The notes under the pieces are model-generated. The model was not told the origin of the DNA, ran no database searches, and saw only the letters and a list, made by a program, of their open reading frames with translations. Shown one piece after another: positions 1-11,307 of a stretch of 64,000 nt of DNA (position 1 is the first letter of the stretch; each line of letters opens with the position of its first letter). Both the position numbers and the translations under genes were made by a program. The stretch is from an uncultured cyanobacterium (GTDB taxonomy: Bacteria; Cyanobacteriota; Cyanobacteriia; Cyanobacteriales; Nostocaceae), in contig CAVUDP010000002.1 in NCBI GenBank assembly GCA_963740315.1, positions 1,184,001 to 1,248,000 on the forward strand, given 5' to 3'.

Positions 1-1996
1 AACCGTTAGCGTTCCTGTTGGTTTGCAGATGGGAAGTAATCCTGGTGATATTTTAGTTAATGGAAACGGCCAAGCAATTATCGACAATCAAGATCCAAGA
101 TTTTTATTACCTCTGATTCGACTACCCGCTCAAGCTAACCTAGAAGTTGATTCTGGAAAAACTTTAGCATTAATTGGTGGAAACGTAATTTTAAAAGGTA
201 GTTCTCTTAGAGCTAATCAAGGTCGAATAGAACTAGGTGGAGCAAACAATGGTATCGTCAGTTTGCAACCGAGTTTATTTGGTTGGAATTTAGATTATAC
301 AGAAGTATCTACCGATAGAGATGTTAGTCTTCAATCGCAGTCTGCCATAGATGCAAGTGGTTTGACTAGTCAAGGTATTCAATTAGTAGGAAAACAGGTA
401 AAACTCGAAGACGCTTCTGTAGCATTAATGCAGGTTTTTGCTACAGCACCTACATCTGGGATAACGGTAAAAGCAAAAGAATTAGTGGAAGTCACGGGTA
501 CAAACTCAAGATCACTACTCGCTAGCAGTATTAAAATCGAAAGTTTTGGTTTAGCTCGAACGGGAAACCTTGTAGTAAACTCCGCTAATTTAGTTATACG
601 AGACGGGGGTAAAATTGGTTCATCTCAATTTGGTTCTAATAGAGGAAGTAACGTCAATTTGAATATTTCCGAGGAGATAATTGTCAGCGGAAAATCTCCA
701 ATAAATAGCTTGAGTTTCAGTCGTTTGGGGTCACTAACTCTAGGCACAGGAGATGGAGGAAATGTCAATCTATCAACTCGAAAATTAACTGTAGAAAATG
801 GAGCTTATATTGGCTCGCTGACACTTTTTAATACAGGTTCTGGTGGTGATGTAATTATTAATAATGCTGAATCTGTAGAGGTTGTAGGAGAAGGATTGGA
901 TTTTTCATCCTCTATTAGTACTTCCACTTTAGGTCAAGGGAATGCAGGTCTTATAGTTGTAAATACAGACAGATTAACCTTGAAAGATGGTGGAGATATT
1001 GATTCAACTACTCTTTCTACTGGTAATGCTGGAGAAATAAATATTCACGCAACTGAGTTTTTAAAAGTAACAAGCCTAGAGAGTGATAGTAACATTCGTT
1101 CGGCAGGTTTTGCCAATAATCGCTTGATAAATGCTCTAGGTTTACCGCAGAATCTATCTGGAAATGGGGGAAAAATTGCTATTAATACTCCAAGTTTAGA
1201 ATTAACGGGGAGAAGTCTAATTTCAGTCGCTAATGATGGAACGGGAATTGCTGGAAATTTAGAAATTAATACTGATTCATTTATTCTTTGGGATGGTGCT
1301 TCACTCATAGCTTCAACTACTTCTGGTGAAGGTGGTAACATTAAGCTAAATGTATCGGATTTGCTTGTTCTCCGTAATGGTAGTCAAATTTCAGCAACTG
1401 CTGGGGGAACTGGAAATGGAGGGAGTATTGATATTAAAGCTCCATTTATTGTTGGAGTAAAAAGTGAAAATAGTAATATAAGTGCTAACGCTTTTGAAGG
1501 TAACGGTGGCAACATTAATATTACTGCCCAAGAAATATTCGGTTTAACATTTCGCGACCAATTTACAGCAGAAAGTGATATTACAGCTAGTTCCCAATTT
1601 GGTGTTAATGGTACGGTCAAAATAAATAATACTGGAATTGACTCTAGTTATGATTTAGTCGAATTATCTACAGAATTAACAAATTCGTCGCAAAAAATTA
1701 GTAGGGAATGTGTAAATAAAGGCAGCAGTAGTTTTGTAGTTAGCGGAAGAGGTGGAATACCCCGTAGTCCGAATCAGTATTTGATATCAAATCAAACCTG
1801 GTTTGATATTAGCGATTTATCAGCATCTCGTAAACGTAATAATAATTCGGAAGTTACAAGTATTTCAAATCAACCAGCGATTGTAGAAGCCACTGGTTTT
1901 ATCCGGAATGCAGACGGAGAAATTGAACTTGTCGCCGCTCAAAATACACCTTTACTATTAAGACAATCATCTAATTGTAGCGGGCAAAAAACTTAA
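1..1996 (+). CDS. Filamentous haemagglutinin-like (TpsA/S-layer family) exoprotein, copy 1; 5' end lies outside the window
   Basis: Window opens in the TVSVPVGLQMG block shared with copies 2 and 3; G/N/S-rich beta-helix repeats (GNGGNINI); C-terminal C..F.VSGRGG.P and IVEATGF..GEIELVA..C motifs. Confidence 0.9.
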   Translation, partial: TVSVPVGLQMGSNPGDILVNGNGQAIIDNQDPRFLLPLIRLPAQANLEVDSGKTLALIGGNVILKGSSLRANQGRIELGGANNGIVSLQPSLFGWNLDYTEVSTDRDVSLQSQSAIDASGLTSQGIQLVGKQVKLEDASVALMQVFATAPTSGITVKAKELVEVTGTNSRSLLASSIKIESFGLARTGNLVVNSANLVIRDGGKIGSSQFGSNRGSNVNLNISEEIIVSGKSPINSLSFSRLGSLTLGTGDGGNVNLSTRKLTVENGAYIGSLTLFNTGSGGDVIINNAESVEVVGEGLDFSSSISTSTLGQGNAGLIVVNTDRLTLKDGGDIDSTTLSTGNAGEINIHATEFLKVTSLESDSNIRSAGFANNRLINALGLPQNLSGNGGKIAINTPSLELTGRSLISVANDGTGIAGNLEINTDSFILWDGASLIASTTSGEGGNIKLNVSDLLVLRNGSQISATAGGTGNGGSIDIKAPFIVGVKSENSNISANAFEGNGGNINITAQEIFGLTFRDQFTAESDITASSQFGVNGTVKINNTGIDSSYDLVELSTELTNSSQKISRECVNKGSSSFVVSGRGGIPRSPNQYLISNQTWFDISDLSASRKRNNNSEVTSISNQPAIVEATGFIRNADGEIELVAAQNTPLLLRQSSNCSGQKT

Positions 1997-2078
1997 TAGT
2001 ACTGAATTTTTTATCTTGTGTTAGTAGGAATAAAAATCGGGGAACCATAAATCCAGAACACAAAATGGTTTGCTAAAC

Positions 2079-4490
2079 ATGAAAGGGTTTGCATTTCTAT
2101 CTGGATTGATAAGTGGTTTACTAAGTTCGGGAATTGTTTTACCGGCTTTTTCTCAAGTAACATCCGATAGTACTACTAATACAACTGTCAAATTAGATGA
2201 TAATAAATTTAATATTCTTAACGGTATTCAAAAAGATAATAATCTATTTCACAGTTTCAAAGAATTTTCTATTCCCACAGGAAGTGAGGCTACTTTCAAT
2301 AATCCCACTTCGGTGATGAATATCATTAACCGGGTAACTGGTGGAAGTATTTCTAATATTGATGGGTTAATTAAAGCGAACGGTAATGCAAATCTATTTT
2401 TAATTAACCCTGCGGGGATTGTATTTGGTGAGAATGCTTCTTTAGATATTGGCGGTTCGTTTTTTGGAAGTACCGCATCAAGTATTTTATTTAAAGATGG
2501 ATTTGAGTTTAGTGCTGTAAATCCTGAAAATAAACCGTTATTAACAGTTAGCGTTCCCGTTGGATTGCAGATGGGGACAAATCCCGGAGCAATTCAGGTA
2601 AAAGGAAACGGACATAATTTGATTACACAGGATATTGTTTTTGCTCCTTACATTAATCCTGAAAGTGTTAATTCTTTACAGGTAAAACCAGGTAAAAGCC
2701 TAACTTTAGTTGCTGGAGATATTACGCTTGATGGTGGTATTTTAAATGTAAAAACAGGAAGAGTTGAATTAAGCAGTGTTAGAGAAGGAAAAGTTAATTT
2801 CAACCAAATTAATCAAGATTCAACATTAGGAAATATTCAACTATCGCAAAAATCTTTGGTAGATGCGGGTGCTGGTGAGATTCAAGTTAATGGTAGCTCC
2901 GTTAGCCTTGAAGATGGCTCCGTATTGTTGGTGCAAAATCAGGGATTGCAATCGGCAGGAGATATTAACGTTAACGCAAGTGAATCTTTGGAAATAAATG
3001 GGATTTCCCCTGATGGCAGAATTCGCAGTGGTTTAGCGAATGATACTTTCGCGGCAAGTAGCGGAAATATTAATATTGTTACGCCACGTTTAATTGTTCA
3101 AGATGGAGGTGGTATTGGTGCTAAAAACTTTGGCTTTGCACAAGGGGGTAATATTTCTTTAGATGTATCTGAATTGATTGCAATCGGCGGAATTTCACAA
3201 ATTAATCCAGCAGCATTTAGTGCTATTGCTTCGATTACCCTTGCAGACGGTAAATCAGGAGATATATTTGTTTCTACTAAAGAGCTTTCTGTTTTGGATG
3301 GTGCAGCAATAGCAGGTACAAGCTTCAGTAGCGGGAATGGTGGTAATATCAGCATAAATGCACAAAGTATAGAAGTCAAAGGCTCAGGTGAAGGTTTATT
3401 TGTAGATAGCACTATTGCTAGTTCTGCTTTTGGAAAAGGTGATGGTGGAAGTATTAATATCAATACTGGTAGTTTGACTGTTGATGAAGACGCAAGTATA
3501 AATACTACTAGTAATAATTCTGGTAATGCCAGTAATATCACTATCTTCGCTACTGAATCCGTGCGAGTAATTAATAAGAGTAGTTTAGAATCAAATGTTC
3601 TGCTGCCGAATGGACTTTTGCAGATTATATTTAACTTACCAAAAGTTCCTAGCGGTAATGGTGGAAATGTCACTATCAATACGCCACTTTTGTTAGTAAC
3701 TGATGAAGGAAAGGTAAATGTTAGTAGTTTAGGAACTGGGGATGCTGGTATTCTCAAGGTAAATGCAGATTTGATTAAGTTAGATAATTTAGGTAGACTT
3801 TCAGCAACCACAGCATTTGGTGAAGGTGGTGATATTTCGTTGCGATCGCAAAGCTTACAAATGCGTCGCGAAAGCATTATTAGTACATCCGCTGGTGGTG
3901 CTGGGAATGGTGGCAATATTACTATTAATACCGATACTTTGGCAGCTCTAGAAAACAGCGATATCAGCGCAAATGCTGAAAATAGTTTTGGTGGTAAGGT
4001 ACTTATTAACGCTGAAGGGATTTTCGGTACTCAGTTTAGAGAAAAACAAACCGATGCCAGTGATATTACTGCAAGTTCTCAGTTGGGAGCAGAATTTAAT
4101 GGTTTAGTTGAACTAAATACCCCAGGAATTGACTCTAATTTAGGAGTAGCAGAATTACCTACAAATGTCATAGATTCTACCAATCAAATTGAGAAAGGAT
4201 GCGCTGCTCAAACTGGAAGCAATTTCGTCGTTACCGGAAGAGGTGGGATGCCGCAAAACCCCACTCAATCCTTGTATTCAAATCCAACTTGGTCAGATAT
4301 TCGCGATTTATCGGTATCTCGTAAGCGTAATAATAATATTGTTGAAACTACAGAAATATCAAATAAACCAGCGATTGTAGAAGCCACTGGTTTTATCCGT
4401 AATGAAGACGGAGAAGTTGAACTTGTTGCCGTTCAACAACAACCTTTAAAAACAAAACAAGTTTCTAATTGTAGCGGGACGAATACGTAA
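2079..4490 (+). CDS. Filamentous haemagglutinin N-terminal (TPS) domain protein, copy 2
   Basis: Signal peptide, NLFHSF..FSI and NLFLINPAGIVFG (TPS NPxG motif), beta-helix repeats; ATG at 2079 matches the MKG start of copy 3. Confidence 0.92.
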   Translation: MKGFAFLSGLISGLLSSGIVLPAFSQVTSDSTTNTTVKLDDNKFNILNGIQKDNNLFHSFKEFSIPTGSEATFNNPTSVMNIINRVTGGSISNIDGLIKANGNANLFLINPAGIVFGENASLDIGGSFFGSTASSILFKDGFEFSAVNPENKPLLTVSVPVGLQMGTNPGAIQVKGNGHNLITQDIVFAPYINPESVNSLQVKPGKSLTLVAGDITLDGGILNVKTGRVELSSVREGKVNFNQINQDSTLGNIQLSQKSLVDAGAGEIQVNGSSVSLEDGSVLLVQNQGLQSAGDINVNASESLEINGISPDGRIRSGLANDTFAASSGNINIVTPRLIVQDGGGIGAKNFGFAQGGNISLDVSELIAIGGISQINPAAFSAIASITLADGKSGDIFVSTKELSVLDGAAIAGTSFSSGNGGNISINAQSIEVKGSGEGLFVDSTIASSAFGKGDGGSININTGSLTVDEDASINTTSNNSGNASNITIFATESVRVINKSSLESNVLLPNGLLQIIFNLPKVPSGNGGNVTINTPLLLVTDEGKVNVSSLGTGDAGILKVNADLIKLDNLGRLSATTAFGEGGDISLRSQSLQMRRESIISTSAGGAGNGGNITINTDTLAALENSDISANAENSFGGKVLINAEGIFGTQFREKQTDASDITASSQLGAEFNGLVELNTPGIDSNLGVAELPTNVIDSTNQIEKGCAAQTGSNFVVTGRGGMPQNPTQSLYSNPTWSDIRDLSVSRKRNNNIVETTEISNKPAIVEATGFIRNEDGEVELVAVQQQPLKTKQVSNCSGTNT

Positions 4491-4572
4491 TCATACTACA
4501 TTTTAAAGATTGTGTTAGTAGCGTAAATAATTTGGGAACCATAAATCCAGAATATAAAGAGATTTTTACAAT

Positions 4573-7044
4573 ATGAAAGGGATTGCATTTCTATCTGGAT
4601 TGATAAGTGGTTTATTAACTTTGGGTATTTCATCAGCAACCGCTCAGGTAACTTCCGATAATACGACTAATACAACTATTAATAAAAACGGTAATAATTT
4701 CGATATTATTAACGGTATTCAAAATGGTAATAATTTATTTCATAGTTTCGATAAATTTTCTATTCCTAAAGGTGGTTCGGCAGTTTTCAATAATTCCACT
4801 GATGTCGTAAATATTATTAACCGGGTAACTGGTGGAAGTATTTCTAATATTGATGGATTAATTAAAGCGTCAGGTAATGCAAATTTATTTTTGATTAACC
4901 CGGCAGGAATTGTATTTGGTGAAAATGCTTCTTTAGATATTGGTGGATCTTTTTTTGGAACAACAGCAGAAAGTATATTATTTAAAGATGGGTTTGAGTT
5001 TAGCGCGGTTAATCCTGAAGAAAAGCCGTTGTTAACTGTGAATGTACCTGTGGGTTTGCAGATGGGGAATAATTCAGGAGCGATCGAGGTAAACGGAAGC
5101 GGACATAATTTAATGGCACAAGATGCAACTTTTTCACCTTACATTAATCCCCAGAGCTTTATTCCATTTCAGTTAAGAGCGGGATTACAGGTAAAACCCG
5201 GTAAAACTTTAGCATTAGCTGGTGGAGATATTCAACTCGATGGCGCTATTCTCACAGCAGCAGAAGGAAAAATAGAATTAGCCAGTATTAGAGAAGGGAA
5301 AGTACATTTTACTGATAATTTAAAAGGTTTTGAGTTAAATAATGCAGAAGTTTCAAATGGAAACATTCAACTACTATCACGAACTTTAGTAGATGTTAGC
5401 GGTGCTGGTGCAGGTGGTGTAAATCTACAGGGAAATCAACTTAATATCAAAGATGGTTCTGTTGTCATGGTGCAAAATCGCGGAATTCAAACAGCAGGTG
5501 ATATTAACGTTAAGGCTAAATCAGTTGAATTAAACGGTGCGATCGCCAATACTCAAATTCGCAGCAGTTTGGTGAACGAGACTTTACCTACAGGTGGAAA
5601 TAGTGGGAATATAAATATTAAAAGCGATCGCTTGAGTATTTTAGATGGTGCTTCGGTATTGACTCGAACTTTTGGTTTAGGAAGCGCTGGTTCAATTGAT
5701 ATTAATGCGACTGAATCGGTAGATGTGATGGGAGTTTCGGCAGTTAATCCCGGTCAATTTAGTGCTATTGGTTCGGCTACTTTATCTCCAGGGAATTCCG
5801 GAAATGTGACGCTATCAGCTAAAAAGATATCGGTAGTTGATGCTGGTGTAATTGCAACAACAACCTTCAGCAATGGCTCTGCTGGCAATATAACTATTGA
5901 TAGCGAAAATATTCAAGTGACTGGTAAGAGTATGGGAATTTTTAGAACCACCACAATTTCTAGTACATCTTTTGGAAAAGGTGATGCTGGTAAAGTCGAT
6001 CTTAATACACAAACCCTATCAATTAGGGATGGTGCGGGTGTCAATACAACTAGTCACGATAGCGGAAATGCTGGTAGCGTAACTGTTAACGCCGCTAAAT
6101 CTGTAGAAGTAACTGGTGGAGACGAATTACAAAGCGCAAATATCAATTCCTCTGTCTTTCGCGAACGAACAATTATAGGACAGTTATTTGGACTTCCTGA
6201 AGTACCTGCTGGTGATGCTGGTAATATTACACTCAACACCCCATATCTAAAGGTAAGCGATCGCGGAGCTATTACTGTCCGCAACGTAGGTACGGGTAAT
6301 GCTGGAACATTAAAAGTAAATGCCGATTTAGTGCAGCTAGCCAGTCGAGGAGAGTTCGCTGCAAGTAGTAATTCTGGTGGTGGTGGCGATATTTTTGTAC
6401 AAGCTGATTCTTTACAATTGCGTCGCAACAGCTTTATCACTACTAACGCACGCGGTGAAGGTAACGGTGGTAATATCAATATCAATACTAATACTCTTGT
6501 AGCTTTAGAAAACAGTGACATTACCGCAAATGCCGAAAATAGTTTTGGTGGGAAGGTAATTATTAACGCTCAAGGTATTTTTGGTACGCAGTTTCGAGAA
6601 AATCTTACTTTAGAAAGCGATATTACTGCAAGTTCCGAATTAGGAGCAGAATTTAGTGGTGTGGTTGAACTGAATACTCCAGGAATCGATCCAAATTCGG
6701 GAATCACTGAATTACCTACAGATGTAATTGATTCGAGCAATCAAATCGAGAAGGGATGCGCTGCTCAAACTGGTAGCAGTTTTTCAGTTACCGGAAGAGG
6801 TGGAATGCCGCAAAACCCCAGTCAATCGTTGTATTTAAATCGTACTTGGTCGGATATTCGCGATTTATCGGCATCTCGCAAACAAACTAATAATATTGTT
6901 GAAAATACACAAATATCTCAGAAACCAGCCATTGTAGAAGCTACTGGTTTTATGCGGAATGCAGACGGAGAAATTGAACTTGTCGCTGCTCAAAATACGC
7001 CTTTTAAAACACAAGTTCCTGATTGTAGTGGACTAAGTACGTAA
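4573..7044 (+). CDS. Filamentous haemagglutinin N-terminal (TPS) domain protein, copy 3
   Basis: Same architecture as copy 2: signal peptide, NLFHSF, INPAGI, C-terminal GRGG and IVEATG motifs. Confidence 0.92.
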   Translation: MKGIAFLSGLISGLLTLGISSATAQVTSDNTTNTTINKNGNNFDIINGIQNGNNLFHSFDKFSIPKGGSAVFNNSTDVVNIINRVTGGSISNIDGLIKASGNANLFLINPAGIVFGENASLDIGGSFFGTTAESILFKDGFEFSAVNPEEKPLLTVNVPVGLQMGNNSGAIEVNGSGHNLMAQDATFSPYINPQSFIPFQLRAGLQVKPGKTLALAGGDIQLDGAILTAAEGKIELASIREGKVHFTDNLKGFELNNAEVSNGNIQLLSRTLVDVSGAGAGGVNLQGNQLNIKDGSVVMVQNRGIQTAGDINVKAKSVELNGAIANTQIRSSLVNETLPTGGNSGNINIKSDRLSILDGASVLTRTFGLGSAGSIDINATESVDVMGVSAVNPGQFSAIGSATLSPGNSGNVTLSAKKISVVDAGVIATTTFSNGSAGNITIDSENIQVTGKSMGIFRTTTISSTSFGKGDAGKVDLNTQTLSIRDGAGVNTTSHDSGNAGSVTVNAAKSVEVTGGDELQSANINSSVFRERTIIGQLFGLPEVPAGDAGNITLNTPYLKVSDRGAITVRNVGTGNAGTLKVNADLVQLASRGEFAASSNSGGGGDIFVQADSLQLRRNSFITTNARGEGNGGNININTNTLVALENSDITANAENSFGGKVIINAQGIFGTQFRENLTLESDITASSELGAEFSGVVELNTPGIDPNSGITELPTDVIDSSNQIEKGCAAQTGSSFSVTGRGGMPQNPSQSLYLNRTWSDIRDLSASRKQTNNIVENTQISQKPAIVEATGFMRNADGEIELVAAQNTPFKTQVPDCSGLST

Positions 7045-7459
7045 TAACATTGCATTTTAAAGTTTTTGTTAGTCGCGTAATCAATTAGGGAATAAAGCCA
7101 GCAAAGTACAAAATTTACAATTTAAATCATTTCTACCATTGAAATTGTTTAATATCTCTTTCGGCTTGTTTGCTACCAATTCCATTAATTTCAAGCAATA
7201 ACGAACTCATAATGGTATCGGCAATGTCATCACCTCGCGTACGGGTATAACAACTTCAGTTCCATCAATAATTTCACTTTACCTTCATGAATGCTAATCA
7301 GTGCATTCCCTCTTGCTGTCATAACTTCAAGTTTTGGAGCAAGCAACAACACTGCAAAGCTTCTAAATCTTGTGTATTTATTGCTAATCAGCCATCGGTA
7401 AAACCGGTACCAAAATTCAATGCTCAAATAGAAAAGTCTTCACTGATAAAGCAACAATC

Positions 7460-8386
7460 GTTTCAAAAGGTAAAGATGCAGATGGAAGACCTACTACAAT
7501 AAACTCAAATGTTAGAACTAATCCATCTTTTCAGAAATTATTTAATCTACCCGATGTTCCTAGCGGTGATGCTGGAAGTATCACTATAAATACACCATTT
7601 CTTTCAGTAGCTGATGAAGCATTTGTGAGTGTAGATAATTTAGGAAGTGGGAATGCTGGTATTCTCAAGGTAGATGCAGATTTGATTAAGTTAGATAATT
7701 TAGGTAGACTTTCAGCAACTACAGCATTTGGTGAAGGTGGTGACATTTCGTTGCGATCGCAAAGCTTACAAATGCGTCGCGAAAGTATTATTAGTACATC
7801 TGCCGGTGGTGCTGGAAATGGTGGCAATATTACTATTAATACCGATACTTTGGCAGCTTTAGAAAACAGCGATATCAGCGCAAATGCCGAAAACAGTTTC
7901 GGTGGAAAGGTAACTATTAACACAAAAGGTATTTTCGGTACGCAGTTTAGAGAAAAACAAACCGATGCCAGCGATATTACTGCAAGTTCCGAATTAGGAG
8001 CAGAATTTAGTGGTTTAGTTGAACTCAATACTCCTGGAATTGACTCTAATTTAGGAGTAGCAGAATTACCTACAAATGTCGTAGATTCTAGCAATCAAAT
8101 TGCCGCTGGATGTGCTGCTCAAACAGGCAATACTTTTATCTCAACTGGAAGAGGTGGAATACCGCAAAACCCCAACGAACAAGTTGATATAAATCCAACT
8201 TGGTCGGATATTCGCGATTTATCAGCATATCGCCAACAAAATAATAATATTACTGAAAATACCCAAATATCAAGTAAACCAGCGATTGTAGAAGCTACTG
8301 GTTTTGTGCGTAATCAAGACGGAGAAGTTGAACTTGTTGCTCTTGAAAATAAGCCTTTTAAAACACAAGTTTCTAACTGTAGTTAG
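7460..8386 (+). pseudogene. FHA-like copy 4, C-terminal third only
   Basis: Frame reads FQKLFNLPDVPSGDAG... and is nearly identical to the C-terminus of copy 2; signal peptide and TPS domain are missing; left boundary approximate. Confidence 0.8.
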
Positions 8387-8587
8387 GTTGGTAGTCAGAA
8401 CTTTAGTTCTTGGAGGGCTGAAGCCCTTACTACGAACGATGATGTTTTACGTAATTTAACGGTCAAGGCTTATGTTAAATGCGCTTTTTAAAACACAAGT
8501 TTCTAACTGTAGTTAGGTTGGTAGTCAGAACTTTAGTTCTTGGAGGGCTGAAGCCCTTACTACGAACGATGATGTTTTACGTAATTT
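8356..8587 (+). repeat. Direct duplication of about 102 bp (8356-8457 and 8486-8587) containing the FHA4 stop and a REP
   Basis: ttttaaaacacaagtttctaactg...gatgttttacgtaattt occurs twice, 130 bp apart. Confidence 0.95.
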
Positions 8588-8736
8588 CACGTTATTTTAA
8601 AGTTTATGTTAGTAGCATAAAGATAATGGGAACTATAACTTCAGATATATGAAAACTTTACCCCTTTCCCCTTAATAATTTGGAGGATGTGAATTCGTAA
8701 ACAGTTATTAATTAAAACACTTATAAAACATCTACA

Positions 8737-11307
8737 ATGATTCATCTTTTTCAAAAACGTTGCTGGCTGTATATCAGTCTGAGCTTTTTTAGTTTATGTT
8801 TGGTACTATTACCAATATTTTGGAATCTTAACCCTGCTACTGCTTCTTTTAAAGATTCTTCCACGGTAGTTAAGCAAGTAAATATAGATACAAATCCTTT
8901 AACACAAGGAAGAAAGCTCTATCAGCAAGGGCGTTTTGCGGAAGCTGCGAATGTTTGGCAGGCAGCAGCGAAACAATATCAAATTCAGAACGATACTTTA
9001 AATCAAGCGCTAAGTTTAAGCTATCTTTCTCTAGCTCAACAAGAATTACAGCAGCTAGATAGTTCGCAAAAATCGGTTAGTAAGGCTTTGGAATTATTAA
9101 AAACTGCTAAACCTGCTGCCGATGCAATTGTCTGGGCGCAGGTATTGAATACTCAAGCTGGTTTGCAGTTACATACGGGGAAAGCGCAAGCAGCAGTAGA
9201 AAGCTGGCAGCAAGCTCAGAAATATTACGAGCAAGCGGGGGATAAGGAAGGAAGTCTGGGCAGTCAAATCAATCAGGCTCAGGCTTTGCAAAGTATGGGT
9301 TTTTATCGTCGCTCTAGAAAGCAGTTGGAAGCGATAAATCAGAAACTGCAAGATATGCCAGATTCGGAAATCAAGGTAAGTGCTTTGCGGAGTCTTGGGA
9401 TAACTTTGCAGTCGATGGGAATTTCTCAACAGAGTCAAGAAGTTCTCATCGAAGGTTATAAAACAGCGAAAAAAATTAAGGCAGATAATCAAGTCAGCAG
9501 CATTTTACAAACTTTGGGTAAAACTGCTGTCGATTTAGAAAATCCCGATGATGCCTTACAATTCTTTGAAGAAGCAGAAAAAGCCGCGAGCAATCCTCAA
9601 GATAAATTACAGTCGCGTTTAAAACAGTTCAAATTGTTTGCCGATTATGGTGTTGATAATTATGCAACTTCTCTAGCTCCTCAACTTTTTGTGCAACTCA
9701 ACGAATTACCTCCGAGTCGTACATCTCTCTACAGCAGAATTAATTTTATTGCCGCTTTCAGTAAGTTAGAAAATCCCCTTCGCCTTATACCTTTGAAGGA
9801 TTTGGGTAATATGCTAGCGAAAACTGTCAAAGAAGCTCGACAAATTGAGGATTATCTTGCAGAAGCTTACGCTCTCAAGCAATGGGGTGAGTTTTATCGG
9901 TTTACGGGACAGTTTTCGTCAGCAGAAAAGTTAACTCAACAGTCTTTGGATATAGCCCGTCAACTGGAATCGGAAGATATTATTGCTCAAGCTGCTTGGG
10001 AATTAGGACGTTTGCACAAACAGCAGAATAAAAATAAACAGGCGATCGCTAACTACACCGAAGCTGTAAATGCTCTCAAATCAATTCGCACGGATTTAGT
10101 AGCAGTAAATTCAGACGTGCAGTTTTCATTCCGCGAAAGTGTAGAACCTGTTTACAGAGAATTGGTAGGATTATTACTCGAAGGGAAACCCGCTCAAGAT
10201 AATCTCGTGCAAGCCAGAGATTTAATTGAATCATTGCAGGTTGCCGAATTAGATAACTTTTTACGGGAAGCTTGTTTGGATAAAGCCGAGCAAATTGACA
10301 AAATCGATGCTACTGCAACGGTAGTCTATCCGATTATTCTCGAAGACCGTTTAGCGGTGATTTACTCGAAAGCCGGACAGCCACTGTCTTACAGCATTAC
10401 TAACAAATCCACTCAAGAAGTCGAACAAACTTTAAGGCAATTATCAGCCGCTTTAAATCCAGTCTCCGATGTTCGCGATCGCGATCGTTTATCCAAACAA
10501 GTTTACGATTGGCTGATTAGTCCCCTGGAAGCTCAACCAAATCTCAAAGATACTAAAACCTTGGTATTTGTTTTAGATGGCTTATTGCGGAATATACCGA
10601 TGTCGGCACTTTATGACGGGCAGCAATATTTAATTGAAAAGTATGCCGTTACCCTTTCACCGGGATTGCAATTGATGCAGGGAACGTCATTAAAATCGAA
10701 TAATATTAAAGCAGTTGTAGCGGGTATTAGCGAAGCTCGTGCTGGCTTTAGTTCGCTTCCGGCAGTAAAGACTGAAGTCAAACAAATCTCTGAGAAAGTA
10801 AATTCCACCTCTACTTTACTCAACGAGAACCTAACAGAAGCAAGCCTAGCTAAAAAGGTAAAAAATGGTTCTGCGAATGTAGTTCATTTAGCTACTCACG
10901 GACAGTTTAGTTCTCGTTTAGATGACACATTTCTCCTGACTTGGGATGGGCAAATTAATATTAAAGAACTTTCCGAACTATTGCGAAATCGACAAAACAA
11001 GCAATCGCAAAATATCGATTTATTAGTATTAAGTGCCTGCGACACCGCAGCAGGAGACAACCGTGCTGTTTTAGGATTAGCTGGCTTAGCAATTAAATCC
11101 GGCGCACGTTCCACAATCGCCTCTTTATGGCCCGTTAAAGACCAAGCTACAGTGACTTTAATGAATAGCTTTTACGAAAACTTGATAAAGCCAGGAACGA
11201 ATAAAGCAGAAGCCCTCAGACAAGCTCAGATAGAGTTAATGCAAAAAACAGACTTCAAAGAGCCGTTTTTCTGGTCTGCATTTGTTTTAGTCGGGAATTG
11301 GCAGTAG
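8737..11307 (+). CDS. TPR + CHAT (caspase/HetF-like) domain protein with N-terminal signal or TM segment
   Basis: TPR-like helices; FVLDGLLRNIPMSAL; catalytic VHLATHG and LVLSACDT motifs; ASLWPV; C-terminal PFFWSAFVLVGNW. Confidence 0.95.
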   Translation: MIHLFQKRCWLYISLSFFSLCLVLLPIFWNLNPATASFKDSSTVVKQVNIDTNPLTQGRKLYQQGRFAEAANVWQAAAKQYQIQNDTLNQALSLSYLSLAQQELQQLDSSQKSVSKALELLKTAKPAADAIVWAQVLNTQAGLQLHTGKAQAAVESWQQAQKYYEQAGDKEGSLGSQINQAQALQSMGFYRRSRKQLEAINQKLQDMPDSEIKVSALRSLGITLQSMGISQQSQEVLIEGYKTAKKIKADNQVSSILQTLGKTAVDLENPDDALQFFEEAEKAASNPQDKLQSRLKQFKLFADYGVDNYATSLAPQLFVQLNELPPSRTSLYSRINFIAAFSKLENPLRLIPLKDLGNMLAKTVKEARQIEDYLAEAYALKQWGEFYRFTGQFSSAEKLTQQSLDIARQLESEDIIAQAAWELGRLHKQQNKNKQAIANYTEAVNALKSIRTDLVAVNSDVQFSFRESVEPVYRELVGLLLEGKPAQDNLVQARDLIESLQVAELDNFLREACLDKAEQIDKIDATATVVYPIILEDRLAVIYSKAGQPLSYSITNKSTQEVEQTLRQLSAALNPVSDVRDRDRLSKQVYDWLISPLEAQPNLKDTKTLVFVLDGLLRNIPMSALYDGQQYLIEKYAVTLSPGLQLMQGTSLKSNNIKAVVAGISEARAGFSSLPAVKTEVKQISEKVNSTSTLLNENLTEASLAKKVKNGSANVVHLATHGQFSSRLDDTFLLTWDGQINIKELSELLRNRQNKQSQNIDLLVLSACDTAAGDNRAVLGLAGLAIKSGARSTIASLWPVKDQATVTLMNSFYENLIKPGTNKAEALRQAQIELMQKTDFKEPFFWSAFVLVGNWQ

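Noticed and set aside
3098..3916. Long antisense ORFs within FHA genes (also 6054-6521 and 7531-8094)
   Set aside because: Shadow frames of codon-biased sense genes
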